A DNA stretch of 32,242 nt, from positions 1 through 32,242 of the forward strand of contig JANPLU010000116.1 in assembly GCA_031422435.1 (NCBI GenBank), given 5' to 3'. The translations under genes and the position numbers were made by a program. Source of the DNA: Acaryochloridaceae cyanobacterium VAR_48_metabat_390. Its GTDB lineage: Bacteria > Cyanobacteriota > Cyanobacteriia > Thermosynechococcales > Thermosynechococcaceae. Shown piece after piece: positions 8,914-18,856 of the stretch; the first letter of the stretch is position 1, and every line of letters starts with the position of its first letter. The notes beneath the pieces are model-generated. The model ran no database searches and was not told the origin of the DNA. It saw only the letters and a list, made by a program, of their open reading frames with translations.

Positions 8914-9495
8914 ATGAGTTCACTACCCACGACAGCAAGCAAGACGCTTAGACTCAATTCTGCTTTTCAACGATTGAGGTCGGTTCATTGGTGGATGGCG
9001 GGCTGCTATCTAATTATGTTTGTCGTCGGTACTCTGATGGCGCAGCTCCCCAGAACCGACTTCCGTAACCTGCTCTACGACTTCCATAAGTCGATGGGGG
9101 TGCTAACGATGGCGCTGCTCACCTGGCGCATTTTGACCCTGATTCAGGTGATGCAAAAGAAGTACGCCAGACGGCTTCCTAAGTTCTCACCGCAGTGGCT
9201 CAAGAATTTTGCGCTACATACGCTGATGTATGCCTTGATGTGGGCGGTACCCATCGCCGGATTTTTATTGTCTAATTCCTATCGCTCGAATAACGTCAAA
9301 TTTTTCGGGCTGGTGTTGCCGGATCTTTTTCCGCAAAATGAGGCAATGGTCGATGTGGGGCGCGCGCTCCATTTTTGGCTTGCCTACACGTTTCTCGCAT
9401 TCATTGCGCTTCATCTTATGCTTCAGTGGAACGTTGCTAAAGCAAACTTGCGGCGGTTCAAAGGGTTTCTCAAAGCAAAGGTGAGTGCGAACTGA
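8914..9495 (+). CDS. Di-haem cytochrome b561 (CybB/YceJ family)
   Basis: Four TM helices with motifs HWW, HKSMG, HTLMY, PIAG, HFWLAY and ALHL. Confidence 0.88.
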   Translation: MSSLPTTASKTLRLNSAFQRLRSVHWWMAGCYLIMFVVGTLMAQLPRTDFRNLLYDFHKSMGVLTMALLTWRILTLIQVMQKKYARRLPKFSPQWLKNFALHTLMYALMWAVPIAGFLLSNSYRSNNVKFFGLVLPDLFPQNEAMVDVGRALHFWLAYTFLAFIALHLMLQWNVAKANLRRFKGFLKAKVSAN

Positions 9496-9610
9496 GCCAG
9501 GGGCGATTGCCGATCTCCAAACCGATCTTCGGAACCTCGCGGTTTTGCTTGCGCCAGCGTATTGAAGTTTTGCCTGGGCTTTATGTCAATTCTTTAGAAA
9601 ACGTGAGCGT

Positions 9611-12487
9611 ATGTTCGGTCAAATTGCAGAACGACGGATGCACCTTGTCCGCTGGATCTTAACGGTGGGCTGGCTGCTGCTGATTGCGTCGCTGTTTTAC
9701 GATCCGCTCTCCCTGTGGCTGACTCAACCTGATCGCTCCTGGAGTCCGCTACGGATTGATCCTAATCTTTGCGTCAAGGTTCAGGGCGTTTGCTTAGTAG
9801 AGCAAACCTACCCCTTGGGCACCACCATTTTTTGGGGTGCGATTGTGCCTAGCTCTATTTTTATTCTGCTGATTTTTGGGCATGAGCTATGGCGGCGGAT
9901 TTGCCCGCTCTCGTTCCTGTCGCAAATCCCTCGCGCGTTGGGCTGGCAGCGCCAGATCAAGCGTGAGAATGCCAAAACAGGCAAAGCGCGTTATGAGCTA
10001 GTGAAGGTGAAACCGGGGTCTTGGTTAGGCCGAAACTATCAGTATCTTCAGTTTGGGTTACTGTCCCTAGGGTTGTGCGCCCGCATCTTGTTCATTAATT
10101 CAGACCGCTTGGCATTAGCGGCCTGGTTTTGCCTCACCATTGCTGGGGCGATCGCCGTAGGCTATTTCTATGGCGGCAAATCCTGGTGCCAATACTTTTG
10201 CCCCATGGCTCCAGTCCAGAGCATTTATGCTGAACCCAGTGGACTCTTTGCTAGTAAAGCCCATATCGGCGATCAGCAAATCACGCAGTCCATGTGTCGC
10301 ACTGTAGACAAAGAGGGCAAAGAGCAGAGCGCCTGCGTTGCGTGCCAGAACCCCTGCATTGATATCGACGCTGAACGCGCTTACTGGGATAGCGTAGCCC
10401 AACCGCAGAAAAAGGTAATCTATTACGGCTATGTGGGCTTGGTCGTGGGCTACTTTTGCTATTACTACCTCTATGCTGGCAATTGGGACTACTACTTTTC
10501 GGGCGCTTGGTCGCACCAAGAAAACCTACGAGAAACGCTCTTGAATCCTGGCCTGTATCTATTTGGCACTCCTATTCCAATCCCCAAACTGGTCGCGGTT
10601 CCGGTCACGTTAGGTCTATTTAGCGCGGCAGGCTACCTCATCGGTCAGGCAGTCGAAACTCAAGTTTCTGCCTATCTTGTTCGTCAACAGAAAACCGCTA
10701 GCCCTGAGATGGTTCAGCATCGCATTTTTACGGTCTGCACCTTTTTTATCTTCAACTTTTTCTTTGTGTTTGGGGGGCGACCCCTTATTTTGCTGCTGCC
10801 GCTGGCGCTTCAATTTTTCTATGAAGGAATCATCGTCGGACTTAGTACCTTATGGCTCTACCGCACCTGGCAGCGCAACCCCGATCGCTACAGCCGTGAA
10901 GGGCTTGCCAGTCGTCTTCGCCGACAGCTCAGCCGCCTCAAGCTCAACGTAGCGCAGTTTTTAGAAGGGCGATCGCTTGAAACCCTCAACACCGATGAAG
11001 TCTATGTGCTGGCAAAAGTCCTCCCTGGGTTCACTAAAGAAAAACGGCATGAAGCCTATAAAGGCGTAGTGCGAGAAGCCCTTGAAGAAGGCTATGTCAA
11101 TACCGCCAGCAGCCTTGAAGTGCTTCAGCAGATGCGTGCAGAACTCGACATCAGTGAAGAAGAACACCGCGTTGTCTTAGAAGAATTGGGCGTTGAGAAT
11201 CCAGACCTGCTGGATGCGAGTCAACTGCGATCGCGCGAAAACCTCGTGCGTTTGACGGGCTACCGCAAAGCCCTAGAGCGAATGCTTGCCCTCCAGCAGC
11301 AAACGATGACTCAAACCAATACGGAACCACCCACCTTAGGCCAAGAATCTGAGGTGCTTCAACTGCTCAGTCGCGAATATGGCATGACCCAGCGAGAGGA
11401 GCAGGCCATTCTAGACAACCTCAACCCAACGGCTGCTTTAATCCATCGGGCTGAAGCCCTTCTGCATCAGCTCGAAAATTTAATTTATCGCTATCACGCT
11501 CTAAATCAACCGTCTCTTCGCGGTCAAGAAACGGTGCTAACGCTTTTGCGTACCACCGTCCTTCAGAGAAAACGTCTTTTGGTTACGGGTCTACTCGAAA
11601 TTATTGAGCGTTTACAGCAAGAACCCCAGCCTGCCGATGGTACCGAAGCTCCAGGTCTGTATCTGGCTCATGCCCTTGAGAAATTATCCCCAGGGGTGCT
11701 GCAAGATTTGCTCACCGAAAGCGCTCAGCAGCCGAATGCGCCCGCTCGCTGGCAGAACCGCCTCAGCCCTCAGATTTTCACGCTGCTTACTCAGCCTGCC
11801 GAGGTTCCCACCGCCTGTTCCTTGACGCTGACCGTAGGAGCGATCGCCACTCATTTAGATGCGCTTGTCTTTGAACCCAATCCACTCATTCAGGCTGCCA
11901 GCCTTTTTATGCTGTTTGAGTTAGATTCCCAACGTGCAAAAGAGCGTGCGACCCATCTACTGACGGCAAAACCTAAGCCCAACGCTCTCATTCAGGAAGT
12001 GGCAGCCACCATTCTCGATCCGATGACACCCTTAGAGGCACCTCTGACCTTCTTTAAAACCTTAGAGAAGCTCGTGTATCTATTCAACAGCGACTTCTTT
12101 GGAGGGGTTCACAGCGAAACGCTCATTGCGCTGGCCCATCGTGCAGAAGTCAAAGTGTATCAGCCTGAAGCCGCCATTACCGAAGCCGGAGACACCTGCC
12201 GAGAACTATTGCTGTTGATAGAGGGAAGTGCCCAAATTCAGTCACTTCCGCTCGGTGAAGATACAGCAATCTCCACCCAGGCACTTTTGCCAGGACAGGT
12301 TTTAGATGAGCTAGAAGTGCTTTCCCATACTCGCCAAGCCAGCACGATTGTGGCGAAGACTGAGCCTACCCGCATTCTAGCGATTCCTGTAGATGCCTTT
12401 GATGACCTGCTCACGCGCGATCGCGATTTTGCCCGCCGCGTCCTTGAAATGGAAAGCCGCCGTCTTCAGCAGATTCTTCACCTATGA
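9611..12487 (+). CDS. Integral membrane 4Fe-4S-binding protein (NapH/CcoG/NosR-like) with C-terminal cNMP-binding-like domain
   Basis: About 8 TM segments; WRRICP, WCQYFCP and SMC...CVACQNPC motifs; helical middle region; cupin/CRP-like end (ITEAGDTCRELLLLIEG...PGQVLDELEVL). Confidence 0.8.
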   Translation: MFGQIAERRMHLVRWILTVGWLLLIASLFYDPLSLWLTQPDRSWSPLRIDPNLCVKVQGVCLVEQTYPLGTTIFWGAIVPSSIFILLIFGHELWRRICPLSFLSQIPRALGWQRQIKRENAKTGKARYELVKVKPGSWLGRNYQYLQFGLLSLGLCARILFINSDRLALAAWFCLTIAGAIAVGYFYGGKSWCQYFCPMAPVQSIYAEPSGLFASKAHIGDQQITQSMCRTVDKEGKEQSACVACQNPCIDIDAERAYWDSVAQPQKKVIYYGYVGLVVGYFCYYYLYAGNWDYYFSGAWSHQENLRETLLNPGLYLFGTPIPIPKLVAVPVTLGLFSAAGYLIGQAVETQVSAYLVRQQKTASPEMVQHRIFTVCTFFIFNFFFVFGGRPLILLLPLALQFFYEGIIVGLSTLWLYRTWQRNPDRYSREGLASRLRRQLSRLKLNVAQFLEGRSLETLNTDEVYVLAKVLPGFTKEKRHEAYKGVVREALEEGYVNTASSLEVLQQMRAELDISEEEHRVVLEELGVENPDLLDASQLRSRENLVRLTGYRKALERMLALQQQTMTQTNTEPPTLGQESEVLQLLSREYGMTQREEQAILDNLNPTAALIHRAEALLHQLENLIYRYHALNQPSLRGQETVLTLLRTTVLQRKRLLVTGLLEIIERLQQEPQPADGTEAPGLYLAHALEKLSPGVLQDLLTESAQQPNAPARWQNRLSPQIFTLLTQPAEVPTACSLTLTVGAIATHLDALVFEPNPLIQAASLFMLFELDSQRAKERATHLLTAKPKPNALIQEVAATILDPMTPLEAPLTFFKTLEKLVYLFNSDFFGGVHSETLIALAHRAEVKVYQPEAAITEAGDTCRELLLLIEGSAQIQSLPLGEDTAISTQALLPGQVLDELEVLSHTRQASTIVAKTEPTRILAIPVDAFDDLLTRDRDFARRVLEMESRRLQQILHL

Positions 12488-13878
12488 TAGAAGCCATAAT
12501 TATCGCAACTAAAACCTCTATGCTCAGTGCCTTCCCTCAATCGCTGCTGACAGTGCCTTTACTGGCAACCGCCGCAGAAGCTGAATATGCACCCGTTATT
12601 TTGGCAGGGGTGCTGTTGAGCTTAGTCATTATTTATATCGCCAGCAAAGTTGGCGGCGAACTCTCTAGAACCTTTGACTTCCCGCCTGTTTTAGGGGAAT
12701 TGATTGCTGGGGTATTGGTGGGTGCATCGGTCCTGCATCTGCTGGTTTTTCCTGAAGGCGGAGCCGCTGCTGCCGATTCTATCGTGATGAATGTTTTGCA
12801 GTTCATTAATCCACTTGGAACTGAGGCGATCACCTCGATCTTTCAAGTCCAGAGTGAATTTCTTTCTATTCTGGCTGAGATTGGCGTTATCATCCTTCTG
12901 TTTGAAATTGGTCTAGAGTCTGATGTCCACGAACTTAAAAAAGTAGGTTATCAGGCTACTATCGTTGCCTGTGTTGGCGTAGCAGCGCCATTTGCGGCAG
13001 GCACTGCCGGGCTCATGTATTTCTTTCATGTCTCTGCCATTCCGGCCATTTTTGCAGGAGCCGCCCTTACCGCGACCAGCATTGGCATTACCTCCAAAGT
13101 CCTATCAGAATTAGGTCAACTTAAATCGAGGGAAGGTCAAATTATTGTCGGCGCTGCTGTCATTGACGACATTCTTGGCATTATTGTGTTGGCAGTGGTT
13201 GCTAGCCTTGCTAAAACTGGAGAGATTGACCTTCTCAATGTTATCTACCTCATTGCAAGTGCGACGATATTTTTAATTGGATCCATTTTATTAGGCAGCT
13301 TTTTTAATAAGGGCTTCATGAGTGCTGCCAACTTTTTTAAGACTAGAGGTAACCTCATTGTTCCAGCCTTTATTTTTGCTTTCTTCATGGCTTTTATTGG
13401 CGATGTAATTCATTTAGAAGCAATTTTGGGTTCTTTTGCAGCGGGTCTCGTCTTAGAAGAAACCGATGTGCGCAAAGAACTAGATGAACAGGTTAGATCT
13501 GTTGCTGACATTCTGGTGCCCATTTTCTTTGTGACTGTTGGCGCTAAGGTAGATTTAAGCGTTCTCAATCCGTTTGTCCCCGAAAATATTACTGGTATTG
13601 TAATTGCGCTGTTTCTAGTGGCGATCGCCATTGTGGGTAAAATTGTCACAGGCTGGGTTGTCTTCGGTCAGCCCAACATCAACCGTTTAGCGATTGGTAT
13701 TGGCATGATACCTAGAGGAGAAGTGGGCTTAGTTTTTGCTGCAATTGGTGCGGCCAGCGGTGCGCTTGATAAATCTCTCCAGGCTGCCATTATTATTATG
13801 GTAATTATGACCACTTTTTTGGCTCCACCTTTCCTTCGCATTGCCTTTAATTCAGCTTCTAATCCTTCTCTTGAATAA
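12484..13878 (+). CDS. nhaS3: CPA2-family Na+/H+ antiporter, NhaS3/NapA-like
   Basis: PPVLGEL, LFEIGLESD, GAALTATSIGITSKVL, GAAVIDD, GMIPRGEVGLVF; ATGA overlap with the upstream gene. Confidence 0.88.
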   Translation: MIEAIIIATKTSMLSAFPQSLLTVPLLATAAEAEYAPVILAGVLLSLVIIYIASKVGGELSRTFDFPPVLGELIAGVLVGASVLHLLVFPEGGAAAADSIVMNVLQFINPLGTEAITSIFQVQSEFLSILAEIGVIILLFEIGLESDVHELKKVGYQATIVACVGVAAPFAAGTAGLMYFFHVSAIPAIFAGAALTATSIGITSKVLSELGQLKSREGQIIVGAAVIDDILGIIVLAVVASLAKTGEIDLLNVIYLIASATIFLIGSILLGSFFNKGFMSAANFFKTRGNLIVPAFIFAFFMAFIGDVIHLEAILGSFAAGLVLEETDVRKELDEQVRSVADILVPIFFVTVGAKVDLSVLNPFVPENITGIVIALFLVAIAIVGKIVTGWVVFGQPNINRLAIGIGMIPRGEVGLVFAAIGAASGALDKSLQAAIIIMVIMTTFLAPPFLRIAFNSASNPSLE

Positions 13879-13943
13879 CGGGTTATCTTAACGCTTAAGC
13901 AAGCTAAACCCCTCCTACAGATGATTCAATCGTATAGATATAG

Positions 13944-14396
13944 ATGTGGAAAAAAATTTCTAACCTATTAGGTTCAGGTGAAGATCTCCGCCTTTTAAGT
14001 GGGCTTCACTGGGTCGAGCAGTTAGTCGCCAAGATACTTTCGGCTGGAATGGTAATTGTCATTCTTGTTGCGGTGGTTGACCTTGGGATTGTTTTGCTCT
14101 CTCAAATTACTCAGCCCCCTGATGGCTATTTGGGGCGCACCCTCATTGACCTTTTCGGTCTATTTTTAAATGTTCTAATTGCCCTAGAAATCTTAGAAAA
14201 TATCACAGCCTACCTTCGCAAAAATGTGGTGCAAGTAGAGCTAGTGGTGGTAACCTCTATCATCGCCGTCTCTCGCAAGATTATTATCTTAGACTTTGAA
14301 AAGACCACAGGGTTAGACGTGATTGGATTAGCAATCGCCATTTTCGCTTTGTCTATTAGCTACTGGATTATTCGTTCCATCAAACATTCGCCCTAA
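13944..14396 (+). CDS. PsiE-family (phosphate-starvation-inducible E-like) membrane protein
   Basis: Four TMs; FGLFLNVLIALEILENITAYL and IIAVSRKIIILD match the cyanobacterial PsiE-like consensus. Confidence 0.8.
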   Translation: MWKKISNLLGSGEDLRLLSGLHWVEQLVAKILSAGMVIVILVAVVDLGIVLLSQITQPPDGYLGRTLIDLFGLFLNVLIALEILENITAYLRKNVVQVELVVVTSIIAVSRKIIILDFEKTTGLDVIGLAIAIFALSISYWIIRSIKHSP

Positions 14397-14410
14397 GCTA
14401 ATCCTTGCCC

Positions 14411-16777
14411 TTAATTTCGACAATACGCAATCGTTACCCCAGTCCCGCCGTCATTCTGCTCTGCAAACTCAAACCGCTCCACCCTCGGATGACTCGTCAA
14501 GAAAGTCTGCACCCCCTGCCGGAGCTTACCCGTCCCATGACCGTGAATAACCCAAAGTGGCCCTTGGGCAGCGGCGATCGCATTTTCTAAAATCCCTTCC
14601 GCATCCGCCACCCGCTGTCCCCGTATATCCACGGTGTTCTGAGAAGTCCGCATCTGCACAGGGGGTGGCTCTGGTGCAGGCAGTGGTGTGGGTTTAGCCT
14701 TTGCAATCGGCTCTGTTTTTTCGCCTGATAAAGACTCCACTTCCGCAAGCTGTACCGTCAGCTTCATTAAGCCCATCCGCACCGTCAGTTCTCCCTCCTC
14801 GGTTACAGGCGAAATCACCTCCGCCGTACTGCCCAGCTTAGGGATGCGAAGGCGATCGCCTACCTTGGGCATAAACCCTTTAGGCACCGCAGGCTTTTTG
14901 GCAGCAGAGGGTAACGCCTGTTGGGCTACGCCCCCTAAGGTTTGGGTTGCTTGCTGAGCGGCCTGAGCCGTTTGAGGCCCACGCTGAAGGGTGCGAATAA
15001 CCTGGGCGATTTCTGCTTTGGCAGACTGAATTGCTACCTGCACATCGGCCTCTTGCTGCTGCTTAAGGTCACGCTCTCGCGCCTTTAGCTCAGATGTCTT
15101 GCGCTCTAGCTCCCGATGGAGCGACTCGGCATGTTTGAGCAGGTGGCCTGCGGCTTTGTTTTTCTCTTCTTGGGTGCGGCGCTGTTGCTCAAGGTCAGCA
15201 ATCACTTCACTTAAGTCACTATTGTCGTGGTGAATAGAGGCTTGAGCCGCTTCGACAATTTCAACCCGTAACCCCAGCCGCTGGGCGATCGCCAAGGCAT
15301 TAGACCGCCCTGGGATGCCCCACAGCAGCCGATAGGTGGGTGCTAATGTCTCGTCATTAAATTCAACAGAGGCGTTTTCAAAGCGGGGGTCTTGATATTT
15401 GAGGGTTTTGAGTTCTCCAAAGTGGGTGGTGGCAATGGTGAGCTGGGCGTGGTCGGCAAGGTAACGGAGGAGGGCGATCGCCAAGGCCGTCCCCTCGGAC
15501 GGGTCGGTTCCGGCTCCTACTTCATCGAGCAGCACCAGAGAGCTAGGGGTGAGCGTTTCAACCATCGTCTGGATCCGGCGGATATGGCCTGAGAAGGTAG
15601 AGAGATTTTGCTGGAGCGACTGTTCATCCCCAATGTCTGCCAAGACCTGATCGAACCAAGGCAGCTCTACGGGTTCTTGGGCAGGCACAAATAGCCCCGC
15701 CTTTGCCATCAGCACCGCTAAGCCCAAATTTTTGAGGGTCACGGTTTTGCCGCCCGTATTAGGGCCGGTGATGGCAACAACAATGGTTTCGGGGCGAATG
15801 ACCACGTCAATGGGTACCACATCCGCACCCTGCTCATGTTTCTGCTGCCACAGCAGCAAAGGGTGGTAAAGCCGCCGCAGAACAATAGGCTGATGGGTGC
15901 GGTCAATAAAGATGGGCGGGTTGCCGTTGATCCACAGGCTGTAGCGCGCACGGGCAACGGCTAAATCAAGCTGGGTCACAATATCTAGCAGCAGCTCCAG
16001 CTCCGGCAGCACCGCCGCAACCTTCTCTGTCAACGCCTGCCGAATCCGCTCAGACTCAACCTGCTCTTGGCGCATAAGCTGCCGCAGTTGGTTATTGAGG
16101 CTTACCGTAGACTGCGGTTCTATATATAAAGTCACGCCACTGGCAGAAGAGTCATGGACAATCCCAGGAATCGCGTCCTTTTGAGCCGCCTTTACGGGCA
16201 CCACAAATCGGTCGGAGCGTTGGGTAATCAAAATTTCCTGAAGGGCACTCGCCTTGCGCTGCAAAATACTTTGTAGAATTTTCTGCACCTGCTGGCGACC
16301 GTGACGGCTGCGATCGCGGATATCGGCAATTTTTTCACTGGCGCGATCTTCCACATCGCCCTGATCATCAAGGCAGTGATGAATCTCCTTCTCTAGCTCA
16401 GGGAAGGTTCGCAGAGCAGATACCAGTTCGTTAATAGAAATCAGCTCTGGAAATCGATCTACGATGCGACGAAGCTGTCGCGCTGCCGATAGGGTGGTGG
16501 CAATGCTCAAAAGCTCCATGCCGCTCAAAATACCGCGCTGACCTGCTCGCTCTAACGCTGCGCTGATATCCTGAACGCCGTCAAAGCTTAAGCTCCCCGT
16601 GCGGGACTCTAGCTCAACCACCTCTTGCGTTTGCTGAAGTAGACGTTGACTTTCTCTTAAAGACTGAGCTGGCGTGAGCTGCTGTGTAATCAGACTGCCC
16701 AGCTTGGTCATTGTAAAAGTTGATAAATGCTGGGTCAGTCGAGGCCAATCTAATAAATCAAGGGTTTTTGCAGGCAT
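14411..16777 (-). CDS. mutS2: MutS2 endonuclease
   Basis: ITGPNTGGKT, DIGDEQS, STFSGH, LDEVGAGTDP, TTHFGELK; C-terminal Smr domain IHGHGTGKLR. Confidence 0.96.
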   Translation of the reverse strand: MPAKTLDLLDWPRLTQHLSTFTMTKLGSLITQQLTPAQSLRESQRLLQQTQEVVELESRTGSLSFDGVQDISAALERAGQRGILSGMELLSIATTLSAARQLRRIVDRFPELISINELVSALRTFPELEKEIHHCLDDQGDVEDRASEKIADIRDRSRHGRQQVQKILQSILQRKASALQEILITQRSDRFVVPVKAAQKDAIPGIVHDSSASGVTLYIEPQSTVSLNNQLRQLMRQEQVESERIRQALTEKVAAVLPELELLLDIVTQLDLAVARARYSLWINGNPPIFIDRTHQPIVLRRLYHPLLLWQQKHEQGADVVPIDVVIRPETIVVAITGPNTGGKTVTLKNLGLAVLMAKAGLFVPAQEPVELPWFDQVLADIGDEQSLQQNLSTFSGHIRRIQTMVETLTPSSLVLLDEVGAGTDPSEGTALAIALLRYLADHAQLTIATTHFGELKTLKYQDPRFENASVEFNDETLAPTYRLLWGIPGRSNALAIAQRLGLRVEIVEAAQASIHHDNSDLSEVIADLEQQRRTQEEKNKAAGHLLKHAESLHRELERKTSELKARERDLKQQQEADVQVAIQSAKAEIAQVIRTLQRGPQTAQAAQQATQTLGGVAQQALPSAAKKPAVPKGFMPKVGDRLRIPKLGSTAEVISPVTEEGELTVRMGLMKLTVQLAEVESLSGEKTEPIAKAKPTPLPAPEPPPVQMRTSQNTVDIRGQRVADAEGILENAIAAAQGPLWVIHGHGTGKLRQGVQTFLTSHPRVERFEFAEQNDGGTGVTIAYCRN

Positions 16778-16938
16778 TACAACAGCGCTTAGAGGCTCGA
16801 AAGCATAAATATTTCAATACTTAAATCCTAACAAGCTCTGAGGATCTCGACCGCTCTACAGCCACTAAAAATCTCCCCCATACATTTATCTACAAAAATC
16901 AGCAAAACTAGTGAATATTTTTATAGTTGCCGTTGTGC

Positions 16939-17098
16939 TTAACAATTCGTTACAGGGTATATTAAGCATATATTCCTACCGCAAGGAGCTGTACAGCGCT
17001 CTCTCAGTCATAATCTCTAAAGAATACAGCGATTTTGTCGAGGGCACTCATCGCAGCAGCAACCGCAGCATACGTCTGCAATTGTTGAGAATTGTTAA
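16939..17098. promoter_or_regulatory. Two HLR1-like (RpaB) direct-repeat sites upstream of ndhD2
   Basis: TTAACAAT-TC-GTTACAGG (16939-16956, +) and TTAACAAT-TC-TCAACAAT (17098-17081, -) resemble (G/T)TTACA(T/A)(T/A)-N2 repeats. Confidence 0.45.
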
Positions 17099-17141
17099 AT
17101 ATTAACCGTCTCTTAGACTTTCGCCCCATGGGGGTTTGGTA

Positions 17142-18782
17142 ATGGTGGATCACTTTCCTTGGCTGACTGCGCTCATTGCAATTCCGGCGATCGCCGCGCT
17201 ATTCGTTCCTGTTATTCCTGATCAAAACGGCAAAACGCTTCGTTGGTATGCCCTTGCCGTTGGGTTTGTAGATTTTGCACTGACCGTCTGGGCGTTTTGG
17301 CAGCACTACGACCTTTCCACCCCTGGGCTTCAGATGACGGAGCGCTATAGTTGGATTCCTCAGCTTGGGCTGAACTGGTCTGTCGCCGTAGACGGCCTTT
17401 CGATGCCGCTCATTGTCCTCACGGGCTTTATAAATACCTTAGCGATTTTTGCAGCCTGGAATGTGACCCACAAGCCCAGGCTTTTTTATGGGCTAATGCT
17501 GCTGCTCTACAGCGCCCAAGTAGGCGTGTTTGCAGCCCAAGACATGCTGCTGTTCTTTACCCTATGGGAGCTAGAGCTGGTTCCGGTTTACCTGCTGATT
17601 TCTATTTGGGGTGGGCCTAACCGAGCCTACGCCGCCACAAAGTTTATTCTCTACACTGCGCTAGGCTCTATTTTCATTCTCGTCATGGGTCTGGCGATGG
17701 CCTTCTCTGGCGATGTGGTTTCCTTTGATATGGCGACCCTTGCCCAGAAGCATTACTCCCTGGCCTTTGAGATTGTGGGCTACATTGCCTTTCTCATTGC
17801 CTTTGGCGTTAAGCTCCCTATCTTTCCGTTTCATACCTGGCTCCCTGACGCTCACGGCGAAGCCTCTGCCCCTGTTTCGATGGTGCTGGCGGGGGTGCTG
17901 CTCAAAATGGGCGGCTATGGACTCATCCGCATGAACGTGGAGATGTTCCCCAATGCTCACGTTTACCTTGCGCCTGCCTTGGCGATTCTGGGCGTGGTCA
18001 ATATTGTTTATGGGGCGCTTACGGCCTTTAGCCAAGGCAACCTAAAGCGCTGTCTGGCCTGCTCTTCAATTTCTCACATGGGCTTTGTGCTGATTGGCAT
18101 TTCGGCACTTACAGAGGTGGGCTTTAGCGGTGCGGTACTGCAAATGCTCTCTCATGGACTGATTGCGGCTGCGTTATTCTTCTTGGCTGGCGTGACCTAT
18201 GAGCGTACCCATACGCTTCTGATTGACAAAATGGGTGGGATTGCCAAGGTTATGCCCATCGCCTTTGCCCTTTTTACTGTAGGCACGATGGCATCTTTAG
18301 CGCTCCCTGGCATGAGTGGCTTTGTCAGCGAACTCACGATTTTCTTAGGAGTTGCCAGCAGTCCTGTCTACAGCGCGCCCTTTAAGGTCATCATTACGCT
18401 GCTTGCAGCCGTGGGGCTGATTTTAACGCCTGTTTATCTGCTGTCGATGCTGCGCCGCGTGTTTTATGGTGAGTCTTCGATGTCAGACCAGGCGATCGCC
18501 CCCGCAATGGATGCTCAGCCCCGTGAAGTCTTCATTGCCGCCTGCCTCATTGCGCCCATTATTGCCATTGGGTTTTACCCTAAGCTGGCAACCCAAACCT
18601 ATGATGCAACGACCGTAGCGGTGGCTTCGCAGCTTCAGGAGTCGATTACGCTGATGGCGCAGGTCAAGGGGAATATGGCGATCGCCCACAGTCTAGACCA
18701 TCACTCCACCGCACTTTTAGGTGGCGGCGCTTATCAGCCGCTGATTTCGAGTGTTGCTTCTGCACCCGTCATTCCCCGATAG
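17142..18782 (+). CDS. ndhD2: NDH-1 subunit 4, NdhD2 type
   Basis: [30 protein letters not shown] and LYSAQVGVF are NdhD2-like rather than NdhD1-like (ATAPAHM, MYGGQIAVF); C-terminal extension; monocistronic. Confidence 0.85.
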   Translation: MVDHFPWLTALIAIPAIAALFVPVIPDQNGKTLRWYALAVGFVDFALTVWAFWQHYDLSTPGLQMTERYSWIPQLGLNWSVAVDGLSMPLIVLTGFINTLAIFAAWNVTHKPRLFYGLMLLLYSAQVGVFAAQDMLLFFTLWELELVPVYLLISIWGGPNRAYAATKFILYTALGSIFILVMGLAMAFSGDVVSFDMATLAQKHYSLAFEIVGYIAFLIAFGVKLPIFPFHTWLPDAHGEASAPVSMVLAGVLLKMGGYGLIRMNVEMFPNAHVYLAPALAILGVVNIVYGALTAFSQGNLKRCLACSSISHMGFVLIGISALTEVGFSGAVLQMLSHGLIAAALFFLAGVTYERTHTLLIDKMGGIAKVMPIAFALFTVGTMASLALPGMSGFVSELTIFLGVASSPVYSAPFKVIITLLAAVGLILTPVYLLSMLRRVFYGESSMSDQAIAPAMDAQPREVFIAACLIAPIIAIGFYPKLATQTYDATTVAVASQLQESITLMAQVKGNMAIAHSLDHHSTALLGGGAYQPLISSVASAPVIPR

Positions 18783-18801
18783 GCAATTCAGCCCTCATAA
18801 T

Positions 18802-18836
18802 AAAGTGAGGCTTTTACCCAAGCCGCACTTTTTTTT
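18802..18836 (+). terminator. Rho-independent terminator after ndhD2
   Basis: GTGAGGCTT / AAGCCGCAC stem with one mismatch, followed by T8. Confidence 0.65.
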
Positions 18837-18856
18837 ACTTGATGAACTGCGTCTTC

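Noticed and set aside
16911..17105. 64-aa ORF upstream of ndhD2
   Set aside because: GTG start with no RBS, in an AT-rich promoter region, with no protein-like features.
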